Below, one piece after another: positions 9,298 to 19,380 of a stretch of 64,000 nt of DNA (its first letter is position 1; each line of letters begins with the position of its first letter). This DNA is from a virus: IMG/VR virus record IMGVR_UViG_3300029267_002792, one strand, 5' to 3'. The notes beneath the pieces were generated by a model that saw nothing but the letters and a program-made list of their open reading frames with translations, was not told where the DNA came from and made no database searches. The position numbers and the translations under genes are program-made.

Positions 9298-9978
9298 TCA
9301 CGCCTCGCCTCCGAACAGTGGACCGGCGTTCTGCTCCCCTGCCTTGAGAGCCTTGACGTGCGCCATGGCCTTCCGCAGGTCGTCCCACGCCGGCTGCTTG
9401 TACTCCTCGGACCGAAGCATGGCGGCGGGATGGTAGGTTACCTGGACCGGGAGCTTGTTCCAGGTATGCAGATTCTTGCGCATCTGAATGATCGACTGCC
9501 CTCGCGTGCCGAGGAGTGTATTCCCGGACACCTTTCCCAGAGCCACGATCATACGCGGTCGAACGGCTACGATCTGCGAGGTCCAGACCTGGGAGCAAGC
9601 CTCGATTTCGTCGTCTTTCGGGTCCCGGTTTCCAGGGGGTCTGCACGCCACGACATTGCAGATGTAGACAGCGTCTCGAGACAGGCCCATAGCGTCCAGG
9701 ATCTTGTCCAGGAGCTTGCCAGCTCTTCCTACGAACGGCAGAGCCTGCTCGTCTTCCTGGGCTCCCGGGCCTTCGCCCAGGAACAGAAAATCAGGCCTCT
9801 CAGTGTTCCCGATTCCGAAGACGATGTTCTTCCGGCCCTCATGCAACCGGCATCGGGTGCAGTCCTTGACCTTCTGCTCCCACACTGTCTGGAGCGCTAC
9901 CTTGCCTATCTGGTCTTCCATCCAAATCCTCCAGCCCTTGTCATCGTAAGGGCACGACCAAATCCACTCCCACCTCAT
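9298..9978 (-). CDS. udg: Uracil-DNA glycosylase, family 4
   Basis: CTRCRLHEGRKNIVFG, GEGPGAQED...PFVGRAG, ICNVVACRPPGNR, TYHPAAMLR. Confidence 0.95.
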   Translation of the reverse strand: MRWEWIWSCPYDDKGWRIWMEDQIGKVALQTVWEQKVKDCTRCRLHEGRKNIVFGIGNTERPDFLFLGEGPGAQEDEQALPFVGRAGKLLDKILDAMGLSRDAVYICNVVACRPPGNRDPKDDEIEACSQVWTSQIVAVRPRMIVALGKVSGNTLLGTRGQSIIQMRKNLHTWNKLPVQVTYHPAAMLRSEEYKQPAWDDLRKAMAHVKALKAGEQNAGPLFGGEA

Positions 9979-10208
9979 TTGTCCGCAGCCTTGGCTTCAT
10001 CGAAGGGTCGAAGGGATTGCACTTCACTCCCCTCCTCCACGGCGGACAGGAGGAGACGACGAAGGTTGTCCAAGACGTGTTGGGTGATAGGGTCGGGTGC
10101 CACCACATTGCTGAGGGCGTTTGCGTAGCAAAAACACGAATCGCCGCGGATGAACACTCCAGGCCAGTCGCCTTCAAATACCATAGGTCCATTTTCGGGA
10201 CGACTCAT
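9975..10208 (-). CDS. Hypothetical protein
   Basis: MSRPENGPMVFEGDWPGVFIRGD; downstream of the promoter at 10275. Confidence 0.65.
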   Translation of the reverse strand: MSRPENGPMVFEGDWPGVFIRGDSCFCYANALSNVVAPDPITQHVLDNLRRLLLSAVEEGSEVQSLRPFDEAKAADK

Positions 10209-10297
10209 TGGTAGCGCTCTCCCTACGGGGAATCCCCGTATCCACAAAATACGGTACCAAGTCCTTAGGAAAGTGTCAAGAGCAAAGAAGGGACGGC

Positions 10298-11167
10298 TCA
10301 GTCGTTGCGGAGGGTCTTCAGGAAAGCTTCGGCGTAGCTGTTGAAGCGCGGGCTTTCGGGGTAGGTGAACTTCGCGCTCCACCAGTTGTGCGCCACCGGG
10401 GAGTACGCCAAGGCAGCCTCGAAGGAGACTTGCATAGCCTCTTGAGGAGGCACGATCCGCCATCCGCTACCGTCTCGCTGACGGAAGTGATCCTGGTTCC
10501 AAGCCGCGTGCCCTACACCTAGTTCTGGTTTCCCGTCCTTGACGCCGGGCACCTCCAAGGTTCGATCGATCGTGAGCTTCTGCATGTTCCCAGGGCCGAG
10601 ACGATTATCCCAAGAGATGTCTCGACCATCACGCTCGTCTACTGCGTAAGCTTGCACCACGAGCCGATCCATGTGGGGAGCGGTGCCGGCTCGGATGCTG
10701 TTCTCCGTGTGGTATGTGAAGGTCGTCAGCGTGTTTCGGACTTCGTGCTTTTGACAGATCGCGTGCTTCTCCGCTACGAAACAGTCTCCAGCAAGATCCA
10801 GGTCGGCGAAGCCGCGTACATTGGACGCTCGCCAGTTGAACTCCTGGTCCGTCTCCCACTCGTTGACGCCGCCCGCTTTCAGAAGCTCGTCCATCTTCTC
10901 CATCATCTTCTTGAGGAGCTGTTTGTTCGGATACGGCCATGTCGTCAACCCGATCTCGAGTGCGTAGCGGTCGGCAAGCTTCCATGCACGCTCGATATCT
11001 TTGGCAGTCCACAAGAACTCCACCTCAGGGTCGGCGTTGTCGATCATGATGGACACGAGGTCGAACCTCAGAACTTCGGCCACCCAGTGGAAGAAATACG
11101 GGGACAGTACCGTTCGCTTCGGCAGGTCGACCCACAGTCCTAGACTCACGTTGTCAAGATCGTACAC
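10298..11167 (-). CDS. Hypothetical protein (possible enzyme fold)
   Basis: 289-aa ORF with RBS AAAGGAG. Confidence 0.8.
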   Translation of the reverse strand: MYDLDNVSLGLWVDLPKRTVLSPYFFHWVAEVLRFDLVSIMIDNADPEVEFLWTAKDIERAWKLADRYALEIGLTTWPYPNKQLLKKMMEKMDELLKAGGVNEWETDQEFNWRASNVRGFADLDLAGDCFVAEKHAICQKHEVRNTLTTFTYHTENSIRAGTAPHMDRLVVQAYAVDERDGRDISWDNRLGPGNMQKLTIDRTLEVPGVKDGKPELGVGHAAWNQDHFRQRDGSGWRIVPPQEAMQVSFEAALAYSPVAHNWWSAKFTYPESPRFNSYAEAFLKTLRND

Positions 11168-11191
11168 GCTGTCTCCTTTCGTCTCTCCGGC

Positions 11192-11407
11192 TCACCCGCA
11201 GATTTCGTGAAGGGTGTCAGGGGTGACCCAGAACCCTTCGGGAACGCCATCACAAGTCTTGCACTTCGCTACTTCGTTCGGACCTACGAAGGCACGCCCG
11301 CAGCAGATAGCGACGTACACGCGCTCGTGTCCTTCGGAAAAGAACTTCGGGGCGACCCGCCGGACGACGATTTTGACCGTTTCAAGGTCCGGGCTCGCAG
11401 CGGTCAT
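11192..11407 (-). CDS. Small zinc-binding protein
   Basis: CC...CKTC motif. Confidence 0.6.
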   Translation of the reverse strand: MTAASPDLETVKIVVRRVAPKFFSEGHERVYVAICCGRAFVGPNEVAKCKTCDGVPEGFWVTPDTLHEICG

Positions 11408-11627
11408 CGTTCAACCTTTCCAGCTCGGCGGCTATTTGCTCCAGCGCTAGTGTCTGGCGTTCCTCGAGAGAGGATGGAATTACGGTTTGAGTGTGGTTGT
11501 ACTTCATCAGCAGACCGGCACTGATAGGGACCACGAACATAGCAACGAGGACAATAAAGAAGACCACGGCAGGCCAGTCACTACCTTTCCAGTCTCGGAA
11601 GCCTTGAAGGCTTGGGGGAGCCATCAT
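11382..11627 (-). CDS. Small membrane protein
   Basis: One hydrophobic helix WPAVVFFIVLVAMFVVPISAGLL; ATGA overlap with the upstream gene. Confidence 0.6.
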   Translation of the reverse strand: MMAPPSLQGFRDWKGSDWPAVVFFIVLVAMFVVPISAGLLMKYNHTQTVIPSSLEERQTLALEQIAAELERLNDDRCEPGP

Positions 11628-12259
11628 CCGCCCTCCACTTGCCAGTCCTCGATCAACCCCTCGATCAACCCCTCGATGTAGTTTTTGCACTTCTCAGCGT
11701 CGTTCGGGAACGGTCCTGCCACATCCACAGCGTTCGATAGAATCGCACCTACGCATCGGACAGTATCGAGGACCTCAGTGGCTACTAGCTCGGGAAGTAG
11801 TTCTTCGACTCTTCCGGTATCGTGCCACACAGCGGCTACGCGAAGACCGCGCTTTTTCGGCGAGATCATTCGAGGGTCTTGAGCGGTCTCGGAGGAGGGA
11901 GGCAGCGTTCCCGCCAACTCATGGATCAGCCGGGCAGACAACGAGCTGAGAATGTACTCTTCAGCTTCGGTCAGAAAACGGTTGTCAGCGAGACCTTCGG
12001 TCTCGGGAGGCAGCCCCAGCATCTCCGGGGAGACGATTTCGGTGTCGTCGGAGGGATCGAGGTACAGGTGCTGCCAACCCGGCTCGTGTTCCCGATAGTT
12101 GACCGATAGCCATCCCACGAGCTTGTCGTCGATGTACAGGGAGGCCTGAGAGTCGCTAGCCATGAGAGAGGACCCGGCTCGAAACGCTACCCGGAACTGG
12201 TGCCCGAACCTAGTTATCTGGACCGTTACAGGGCGCGACTTGTCTTTGCTTTTCGTCAT
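11624..12259 (-). CDS. Hypothetical protein
   Basis: Start MTKSKDK with ATGA overlap. Confidence 0.7.
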   Translation of the reverse strand: MTKSKDKSRPVTVQITRFGHQFRVAFRAGSSLMASDSQASLYIDDKLVGWLSVNYREHEPGWQHLYLDPSDDTEIVSPEMLGLPPETEGLADNRFLTEAEEYILSSLSARLIHELAGTLPPSSETAQDPRMISPKKRGLRVAAVWHDTGRVEELLPELVATEVLDTVRCVGAILSNAVDVAGPFPNDAEKCKNYIEGLIEGLIEDWQVEGG

Positions 12260-12645
12260 TTTCTCACCCAGGACTTGTAGTCGATGATCCACTCTTGGGT
12301 TGGGAACACACCCTCGAACCGGAAAGCTCTGTCGTCGATGAGCAGGAAAGCCGGGGGCTTCTGCGTCGGGAACTCCAACCGATCGAATGTGCTCCGGGAG
12401 AGACCGTGCTTCTCGAACCAGGCCTTCATGGCCTCGATGGCGCCCGGTTCTTTCGACCGACTGGAGTAGATGCAGATAGTGAAAGTGTTGCCCTCCGCGT
12501 CATTGTACTCCACGGTCCTTGTTAGCCACTCGAAGGCTCCCGGAACGGGTGGGTCCGGGATCACGCACGCGCCCTGGTACTCGCTCGCGTAGGAGTGGAT
12601 AACGCCATCGAAGTCCACGCACAGGGTTCTATTTCTACCCATCAC
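12256..12645 (-). CDS. HAD-superfamily phosphatase (cap-less)
   Basis: VDFDGVIH motif I, YSSRS motif II, KP...LIDDR motifs III/IV. Confidence 0.88.
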   Translation of the reverse strand: MMGRNRTLCVDFDGVIHSYASEYQGACVIPDPPVPGAFEWLTRTVEYNDAEGNTFTICIYSSRSKEPGAIEAMKAWFEKHGLSRSTFDRLEFPTQKPPAFLLIDDRAFRFEGVFPTQEWIIDYKSWVRK

Positions 12646-12920
12646 GACACCAACTTTCCATCAGCTCCCAGAATGGGAGTGAGTTTTTCAACGGTGGCTT
12701 TTTCAGCCACACCGAGAACGGTGAGAAGCGCACCAAGCGGTCCCTCGCCCTGGATCACGAGCGGGGCTCCCGCTGTCAGGGCCGCCTGAACGTCGGTTTT
12801 CATCATGTGGATCAGCTTTAGCGCCCGCTTCTGCTTCTCGAAGGCCGGGGCTGCCAGTTCGTCTTGGAGCGATTTTTCGGACATCTTGACCTCCGTACCA
12901 AGTAGGTTACGAATTGTCAA
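12642..12920 (-). CDS. Hypothetical protein
   Basis: Coupled ORF. Confidence 0.6.
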   Translation of the reverse strand: MTIRNLLGTEVKMSEKSLQDELAAPAFEKQKRALKLIHMMKTDVQAALTAGAPLVIQGEGPLGALLTVLGVAEKATVEKLTPILGADGKLVS

Positions 12921-13615
12921 CTAACATTGGCGCGGACCACGTACGTGTCAGTCGCCCCTTCCCGGCAGCGCATCCAGCCCTGGGCCGATCGTTTGGCTTG
13001 CAAGTAGTTCAGGTCGGACTCGAATTTATCAGGAGGTATCCAGCGGAACCGGGTGAGGTGCATGGGCAACCCCTCACGAGACTGCACGTGATGGACAACA
13101 TCGTCCACGAGGTAGGCAATCTCCGCGAATCGGAAGCCGTCCTCGTCGGAGTACTGACGCACTTGAGGGGTGGTAGATGGTTTCTGGTTGAACGTGTTGA
13201 ACACAAAGCAACCAGTCGTCTTCAGCAGCGCCATCAGCCGGCCAACAAGGTCCAGCCTCCACCAATAGTTCACTGCCTGCCGACAGGTGATGAGATCGAA
13301 GGGCTCGTACTCGGCTAGGGTGTTGTCGAGTAGGAGGTTCTCCAGGTTTTTCGTGTGGAATCGCACTTGGCCTGGCAGCGTCGTCACAGCCATTGCCAGC
13401 GACTCTTCCACGGCGATGATGTTTGTTGGGTCAAGACCCATCCGAATAGCCCCCGCGACCACAGCGCCCGAGCCCGAGCAGATATCGAGAAGGCGAGTCC
13501 GGCCGTCCAGAGTTACGGGCGGGTCCGGAGCTACGAGAAGCCGAGTCGGACGCTCAAGATAGCGAGCGTAGAGCTTCTCGTACGTCTGACCGCTCAAATG
13601 CTGGTAGTCGCTCAT
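12917..13615 (-). CDS. Class I SAM-dependent methyltransferase
   Basis: LLDICSGSGA motif I, AVEES, FDLITCRQAVNY, LLKTTGCFVF. Confidence 0.9.
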   Translation of the reverse strand: MSDYQHLSGQTYEKLYARYLERPTRLLVAPDPPVTLDGRTRLLDICSGSGAVVAGAIRMGLDPTNIIAVEESLAMAVTTLPGQVRFHTKNLENLLLDNTLAEYEPFDLITCRQAVNYWWRLDLVGRLMALLKTTGCFVFNTFNQKPSTTPQVRQYSDEDGFRFAEIAYLVDDVVHHVQSREGLPMHLTRFRWIPPDKFESDLNYLQAKRSAQGWMRCREGATDTYVVRANVS

Positions 13616-14748
13616 GGTAGCTCCGTGATCACGTGGAAGACTCCGTGGTGCTCGATCTCGAAGTCACCTTCTGGAAGGTCCCGAAGAGAGTCGCGGACAG
13701 TTCCCGGTGGCGCGTAAGGCAGCTGGGGCAGGTTCGGTCGGCGTCGATGGATGTGGATGACGGCCTTGGCCCGAGGGTTGGCTTTGAAGATCTTGTCGAG
13801 AAGGGGCGCGTTGAGGCTGGCCTTGCCCTGGATGCTGTGGACGCGCCGGAAAGGATGAACCACCTCGGCCACGTGAACGAACTCACTGAGGTCCTTCTTA
13901 CCTCGTTTCGAGCAGATAAAGCCGTTGTTGACCGAGCGAACGGCTACGCACCCAAACAAGTGATCACCTTGAGCGCGTCCGTACTGCTCCATCTCGGAGC
14001 GGAACCGATCGACCAAGGTACGGTACCGCCTAACCGCCCTTCGCATGATTCGCGCCACGACCGTGACTGGCTGGTTGTCAGGAACCTCATAGCTGTACGT
14101 CTGCACCGTCTTATAGTGCTGGTCCCTGGCCATGGTGTTGAGAACTCCGGCCAACTCCTCCACGTTGATTTCGATGACGGACCGCTCCTTGGTCACGAGG
14201 AGCTTGCGGTCCAGGTTTGCCCGATCGTTCGCTACGACGAGGTCGGCTTTCGCTTCAAGGGCGACTGTATAGGCGGCCCGCACCAGTTCCTCGTCTCTCA
14301 CGCCCTGGAGAAGCTTGAATCCGATGAGGGTACAATAAGGGTTGGCCTCCTTCACGAGGTTGATGACACGAGGAGCAACACGGAAAGGGATGTTGACGAG
14401 GTCGCCCTCCTTGTAGGCATGGCTGGGGAACTTCTCGTCCAGCGTCCAGGCTTTTGGTTCCGGAACCAAGTTCGCTACAGCTGCTCCGAGCACGAGCATG
14501 TCGTACTTGGGCGCCAGCATCTCGATCCGTTCCATGTAGTCCACAAAGCCGTCGTGTGTGGACACAGGGACCCGTAACTTGTGGGGAGGAATTGTATGCT
14601 TCGACGTGAGGTACGTGACCTCGTGGTTGTAGGTCTCGAGGGCCTTCGCCAGCGCGGCCATCCGCGTTCCCCGAAACTGGTTGGTCACGATCTTGACCGC
14701 ATCCAGCTTCGCGTGGACGGGTCCCCCGCTCACTAAAATCTTCGCCAT
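13612..14748 (-). CDS. coaB: CoaB-like (phosphopantothenate-cysteine ligase) domain fused to a class II aldolase-like domain
   Basis: KILVSGGP...LDAVKIVTN.FRG, LGAAVAN, IGFKLL, VVAND; C-terminus ASLNAPL..IF..NP.AKAVIHIH...HHGVF. Confidence 0.8.
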   Translation of the reverse strand: MAKILVSGGPVHAKLDAVKIVTNQFRGTRMAALAKALETYNHEVTYLTSKHTIPPHKLRVPVSTHDGFVDYMERIEMLAPKYDMLVLGAAVANLVPEPKAWTLDEKFPSHAYKEGDLVNIPFRVAPRVINLVKEANPYCTLIGFKLLQGVRDEELVRAAYTVALEAKADLVVANDRANLDRKLLVTKERSVIEINVEELAGVLNTMARDQHYKTVQTYSYEVPDNQPVTVVARIMRRAVRRYRTLVDRFRSEMEQYGRAQGDHLFGCVAVRSVNNGFICSKRGKKDLSEFVHVAEVVHPFRRVHSIQGKASLNAPLLDKIFKANPRAKAVIHIHRRRPNLPQLPYAPPGTVRDSLRDLPEGDFEIEHHGVFHVITELP

Positions 14749-14757
14749 GACTGCCCC

Positions 14758-15399
14758 CTACACCCAACGTCGGATGACTTTGTTGACTGCCAACCGGATT
14801 TCTTCCGTTTGGACTTGCGTGAGGGAGTTGGGGCGATCGTTCGAGTACACAGCCACGACCGGGTCTCCCGACGGAAGAGTGATCAGCTTCCAGCGGAGAT
14901 CGAGGCCGTAAATGTTCAGGGGGCCAGGATGCGCGGATGCCGCTGCGTGGTCGAGCCCGCATCCTCGGCAGTGGCCCATGAGTAGATCGATCTCCGCCCC
15001 ACAGTGGATGCAGTGTGTCCTGCACCACTCGCACTCCCCCTCATTGCCACATGTGCACGCGCCCGAAGGATGGAGAGTAGCGTCGGTAATCGCTTTCTTT
15101 TCCTCAGAGCGTTGCTCTAGGCGGTTGACGACGTCCAGGAGGTCGGTCTTCTTCACGTCGTCCTCCCGAGGCTTGACGGGCCGTCCTAGGACGTGGGTGG
15201 CCAACGCCAGAACGGCCCGGGCCATGGCCTGCACGATATCCTCCCCCTCCTCGTGATGCGAAACAACCTTCAGCGACGCTAGCTGCCCCGTCAGTTCAGT
15301 TCGGATGTCAGCGCTCTCATCAGTGCTCAACGCGGCGTCCGCGATCTTGATCGTCGCTCGGACAATCCCGTCCAACAAGTTGAAGGTAGCTGGGTTCAT
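14758..15399 (-). CDS. Hypothetical protein with Cys cluster
   Basis: 213-aa ORF. Confidence 0.7.
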   Translation of the reverse strand: MNPATFNLLDGIVRATIKIADAALSTDESADIRTELTGQLASLKVVSHHEEGEDIVQAMARAVLALATHVLGRPVKPREDDVKKTDLLDVVNRLEQRSEEKKAITDATLHPSGACTCGNEGECEWCRTHCIHCGAEIDLLMGHCRGCGLDHAAASAHPGPLNIYGLDLRWKLITLPSGDPVVAVYSNDRPNSLTQVQTEEIRLAVNKVIRRWV

Positions 15400-15640
15400 G
15401 GGCTCCTCTCCTAGCAGGGTCTACCCGCTCGCACACCTAAGGTATGCTATTGACAGAAAAATGTCAAGGACAAAGTGGGTTGCGTTTCCGCCACCCGTCG
15501 AAGTCGAGCCACTTCAGGTAGGCACTCCCACACCGCGGACAGATCGGGTGTACGACTTTGCTGGGCTCCCCTCGATCGGGCACTTTGAGCCACTCGTGTT
15601 GACACTTCAGGCACAAGTAGTGGGCCGGCTCAACCACTCG

Positions 15641-16285
15641 CTAGCGTCTTCGTGTCCGGGAGTGGATACGGCGTTTCAGGTCTCGCGCTTTCTTCTTCGG
15701 TAGGTAGTCGATCAAAAGCTTCCCCTCAAGGTGATCGAACTCGTGCTGAATAGCCCTAGCCATGTCAGCACCGCACCCCATAGCGTACGGTTTGCCGCGG
15801 TGGTCGCAGGCCTTGAGGATTACGCTGGCGGGTCTAGTGATCAGCTCCACGACGTCGGGGAAAGATAGGCAGCGTTCAGCGTCACGTCGGGTCTTTCCTG
15901 GAACGACCCAGACCTTCGGGTTGACAGCGACCAAGAGCTGGTTCGCCGGTCTCCCCTTCTGAGGCGGTTGGCCGTTCAGGATGTCAAGGACGAAGACCCG
16001 TTCCGGGTCTCCGATCTGCGGGGCTGCCAGACCTACGCCTCCAATTGCGTACATCGTCGTGGCGAGGTCTGCCACGAGCTTTCGGATGCGGTCGTCGAAG
16101 TCGATGACCTCGGCCGCTGGCTCTCGCAGGCGCGCGTTGGGGTAGACTAAGATCGGACACACGACACCGTCGCTGCAATCCTGGAGCAACTCCGGCGAAG
16201 GCGGTCCGAGTCCTTCAGTCTCGGCCGCCATGACGGCCAGATCGTCGCCCATCTGTTCTTTCAACGCTTGACTAGGGGTTTTCAT
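15641..16285 (-). CDS. def: Peptide deformylase
   Basis: GVGLAAPQIG, ERCLSFP (EGCLS variant), QHEFDHLEG. Confidence 0.93.
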   Translation of the reverse strand: MKTPSQALKEQMGDDLAVMAAETEGLGPPSPELLQDCSDGVVCPILVYPNARLREPAAEVIDFDDRIRKLVADLATTMYAIGGVGLAAPQIGDPERVFVLDILNGQPPQKGRPANQLLVAVNPKVWVVPGKTRRDAERCLSFPDVVELITRPASVILKACDHRGKPYAMGCGADMARAIQHEFDHLEGKLLIDYLPKKKARDLKRRIHSRTRRR

Positions 16286-16401
16286 TCTCGTCTCCAGCCC
16301 ACAGACCGCTATCGTTGCTCGTCTCGGTCCTTCAGCAGTCCCACTACGTCCGAGATCGCTAGTACAGCGATCACTCCAGCCACCACCAACGCTTCCATCA
16401 C

Positions 16402-16725
16402 CTAAGCACCCTCCACAGTCAGCTCCGCCACATCCGATATGACGGGAGCGGTAGGAACCCGAGCCCGCCATTGTAGTACGACCTCATCACCATCAGTCAG
16501 GAGTGCCTCGCGCGTGCATGTGAACACATCCCTCAGACCATCAGCCAGCACTATCTCATCCGGGCCTCGTCGGACGATGAGCCTTGCTTCACCGTCGGCG
16601 TAGTCGAACACAGCCCTCACCTTGCAAACTGCCTCACTCCCGGCCCACTCGATCACGATGTCATCCGCCCAGGTAACGATCGGTCGTACTTGTCTTTCGC
16701 TCCGAACCACTGTGTATCGCTTCAT
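16402..16725 (-). CDS. Hypothetical protein
   Basis: 107-aa ORF. Confidence 0.6.
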   Translation of the reverse strand: MKRYTVVRSERQVRPIVTWADDIVIEWAGSEAVCKVRAVFDYADGEARLIVRRGPDEIVLADGLRDVFTCTREALLTDGDEVVLQWRARVPTAPVISDVAELTVEGA

Positions 16726-16746
16726 GGGACGATCCTAGCCTGTATT

Positions 16747-17163
16747 TTAGCTAGGTTCCAACTGCCCTCGCACGGGAGGGCGAACGATCTGTAGACGGTC
16801 GGCAGCCTCACGGACGGGGGCCATATTTGCCCCGTACCCCCACAGGTCTCCCCTGCAGTACCACTCTGGCCACTCGAAAAGGGCTCGCGACAGCTGCTTG
16901 TTGAACATGACGAAGTCCCGAAAGCATTCGACAAGGCCTTTCAACGTGCCCCCGTGATGGAAAGTCGACCACGGCCCGTTGCGGTGCGTGTATGTTCGAT
17001 CGCCCCGCCAAGAGTCTACGAACCAGAGACGTTCCCGCTCGTCTAGTTCCAGCCAACACGTGATGCCTTCGTAACAGAAAAACTTCCGGCCGTGAGACGC
17101 AATGACGTGGATCAGCTCATTGACCCGTTCTAGTCGCTCTTCACGCTCTTCTCGCCGTCCCAT
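16747..17163 (-). CDS. Hypothetical phage protein
   Basis: 138-aa Trp-rich ORF. Confidence 0.75.
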   Translation of the reverse strand: MGRREEREERLERVNELIHVIASHGRKFFCYEGITCWLELDERERLWFVDSWRGDRTYTHRNGPWSTFHHGGTLKGLVECFRDFVMFNKQLSRALFEWPEWYCRGDLWGYGANMAPVREAADRLQIVRPPVRGQLEPS

Positions 17164-17164
17164 C

Positions 17165-18337
17165 CTACCGGTCCTCCTCCGAGTTCATTCCCGGCGTGAA
17201 CTCTGCCTCTCCACACCTGGGGCAGAACTGTACCCCAGCTGGCACTCGCACGTGGCAGTGCTTGCAGACCTCGTAGTGCGTAGTCGCTGAAGGTGGTTTT
17301 GGCTCGGGCTCTCGGGCCTCCAACTCGGCCACACGCTTCTCTAGCTTCCGGACGGTGATTGCGAGCTTGTAACCGGGTATGGTCTGAGCGACGTAGTTCA
17401 TGACTGCATCCACCTGAGGGCTCTTGACATCCCCAACCACAGACCTCGGAACGCCGACGGCCGAGGCGAGGTTGACGAAGTGTGCCTTCCAGTCGAAGGC
17501 TTGTCCTGCGTCTCCCTCGCGCAGCTTCTCCAAGGTGGACTCCAGGTAGTTGACTTTGGCTTCTAGAGAGGCCTTCTTGGCCTCCCACGCGCTGAGAGCT
17601 TGCTCGTGGTCGGTAGCGTTCTCCTCCATGCAGCCGATCAGTCGACGAACGTTGTCGGCGAACCCGTAAGGGCACTTCCCTTCACCGGGCTCATACCCAA
17701 GAGCGGCTCGAACGAGGTTGTCCGCCTCGACCACCTGATCCCGGAGCGTTGTCATGGCCAGCATGAGCGTGTCTCGCTCGGAGGCTGGGGCCTGTTCCTG
17801 CGTTTTCAGCTCTTTTACGAGGCTCGTGAGGTCCTGCCAGGAGGCACCAGCCGGCGCTCCCAGGGCTTCGGAGAGGTCGTTGCGTATCGTTTCAGTGGCC
17901 GTCTTCATGTCCTCGAGAGCGCGCTCTCGCAGATCGTTGTCCGAGCGCTCTTCGTCTTCTTGGGCCGGGCTTCCTACCAGTACCGCGACAGTACATTCAG
18001 CGCTGTGTTGGATTCTGTAGACGTAGCACCCGAAAAGATCGACACCTACTGCAGAGGGGTCAGCTCTCAAGCGAACAAACCCATCTTCGTGCTCCCCCCG
18101 TTCTAGAAGGTTGATCGAATTTCCTCGAATATCCACGTCCAAGACACCTCCACTCGGGTGCGGAATACCGAGCACGGAGATTTCGCAAGGAGCGACTAAG
18201 CCATGTCCGAGCGCATGGAAGGCGGTGAGCCCCTTTTCCACCCTCGCCAGCGTTTCTTTGTCACAGATCTCGAGGTCTTTGTTCGGGAAACGAATGTGGT
18301 AAATGTGGTAACAGCTCCCCTCAAGGTTGTCAGGCAT
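17165..18337 (-). CDS. Coiled-coil protein with C-terminal zinc ribbon
   Basis: Start MPDNLEG; CKHC..CPRC at the C-terminus. Confidence 0.75.
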   Translation of the reverse strand: MPDNLEGSCYHIYHIRFPNKDLEICDKETLARVEKGLTAFHALGHGLVAPCEISVLGIPHPSGGVLDVDIRGNSINLLERGEHEDGFVRLRADPSAVGVDLFGCYVYRIQHSAECTVAVLVGSPAQEDEERSDNDLRERALEDMKTATETIRNDLSEALGAPAGASWQDLTSLVKELKTQEQAPASERDTLMLAMTTLRDQVVEADNLVRAALGYEPGEGKCPYGFADNVRRLIGCMEENATDHEQALSAWEAKKASLEAKVNYLESTLEKLREGDAGQAFDWKAHFVNLASAVGVPRSVVGDVKSPQVDAVMNYVAQTIPGYKLAITVRKLEKRVAELEAREPEPKPPSATTHYEVCKHCHVRVPAGVQFCPRCGEAEFTPGMNSEEDR

Positions 18338-18866
18338 CGGGCTCCTCCGCGTTCTGAGCGACGAGTTCAAGTTCTTCGGTTTCTCCGGTAGAGTTCGCTG
18401 TCACGGCGCTCACCATGCAGCCAGAGAGCCGTAGCATCTGCGTAGGTCCCATCAACAGGACGTTGCCAGCGTCACCCTGGCAGGGCTTTATGGCCTCGAC
18501 GAGAAGGTCAGCTTCTCCCGGCTCACCGTCCAGACACAGGATCTTCGAGTCGAGTAGCCCCAAGCCCAGGTTTTCCGACCCCTCCAGCCACTCAGCGACT
18601 TGATCTCGAAGGTCCCCGTTCTCGGGCAATTTCACTCGATACTTTGGAGATCCGGGGGCGACGTTCGGGTCGGCGTGGAACGATGGCGCGCTTCCAGGAA
18701 CCATCGAAGGCAGAGGCTGGAATCGCGGGTCGACACCGGTCTTGGCTCGTGCAAGCTCTGCCGTCAGACGGTCGATGCGGTTCGCTGCTCGGGCCAGGCC
18801 CTCGGACAGGTCTTCATGCTCCTTTGCCATCGCGCGAAGCCACGCGGCAGTTCCAGGTGCGCTCAT
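18330..18866 (-). CDS. Hypothetical protein
   Basis: 178-aa coupled ORF. Confidence 0.7.
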   Translation of the reverse strand: MSAPGTAAWLRAMAKEHEDLSEGLARAANRIDRLTAELARAKTGVDPRFQPLPSMVPGSAPSFHADPNVAPGSPKYRVKLPENGDLRDQVAEWLEGSENLGLGLLDSKILCLDGEPGEADLLVEAIKPCQGDAGNVLLMGPTQMLRLSGCMVSAVTANSTGETEELELVAQNAEEPDA

Positions 18867-19378
18867 CTCGTACCTCCAACGCCTGCCTTTGGAGGGATTT
18901 CATCTCCCTCCATGAGGGAGTGCAGGCGCAACCGTGTCCGGGGGTGCAGCTCGATCTTGCGATGGTTTTTCGCGTACCACGGTCCCAGCTTCTCGAACCC
19001 CTGAGCCTTTCCGGCTCCCCGCCAGTCGGCCAACATCTCGCGGACGAACTTCTCTGGCATCGGAAGCAGCTTCGTCCCGCCGTCGTCTTCGCGGAGGCGC
19101 CAATACTGCCAGTGGTGAGGATTGCGGTGCTGGTATCGAAGCCACGCCGCGTCGAATGCGGCCTCGACCTCTGGCGGAGCTTTGTACCCGGGCGGTACGT
19201 CCCCCTTGCAGCGCCATTCTCCGTTGAAGTAGTTGACGTAGGGTACCCATTCGTCGGGGCGGAACTTCGACAGGTCGTGAAGGAGACCTCGCAGGGGAAT
19301 GCCGAGCTTCACGCACTCGACGAAGACGAACCAACGGTGGCGGATCACGTACGATGCGTATTTGGTGTGCTTTCTCAT
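18863..19378 (-). CDS. HD-like DUF5662-type protein
   Basis: LLHDLSKF, HRNPHHWQYW, MP..FVREMLADW. Confidence 0.8.
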   Translation of the reverse strand: MRKHTKYASYVIRHRWFVFVECVKLGIPLRGLLHDLSKFRPDEWVPYVNYFNGEWRCKGDVPPGYKAPPEVEAAFDAAWLRYQHRNPHHWQYWRLREDDGGTKLLPMPEKFVREMLADWRGAGKAQGFEKLGPWYAKNHRKIELHPRTRLRLHSLMEGDEIPPKAGVGGTR

Positions 19379-19380
19379 GT

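Noticed and set aside
13633-14577. Long plus-strand ORFs here and at 9289, 18644, 33237, 37687, 44321 and 61271
   Set aside because: Antisense shadows of motif-bearing minus-strand genes, as expected in high-GC DNA.
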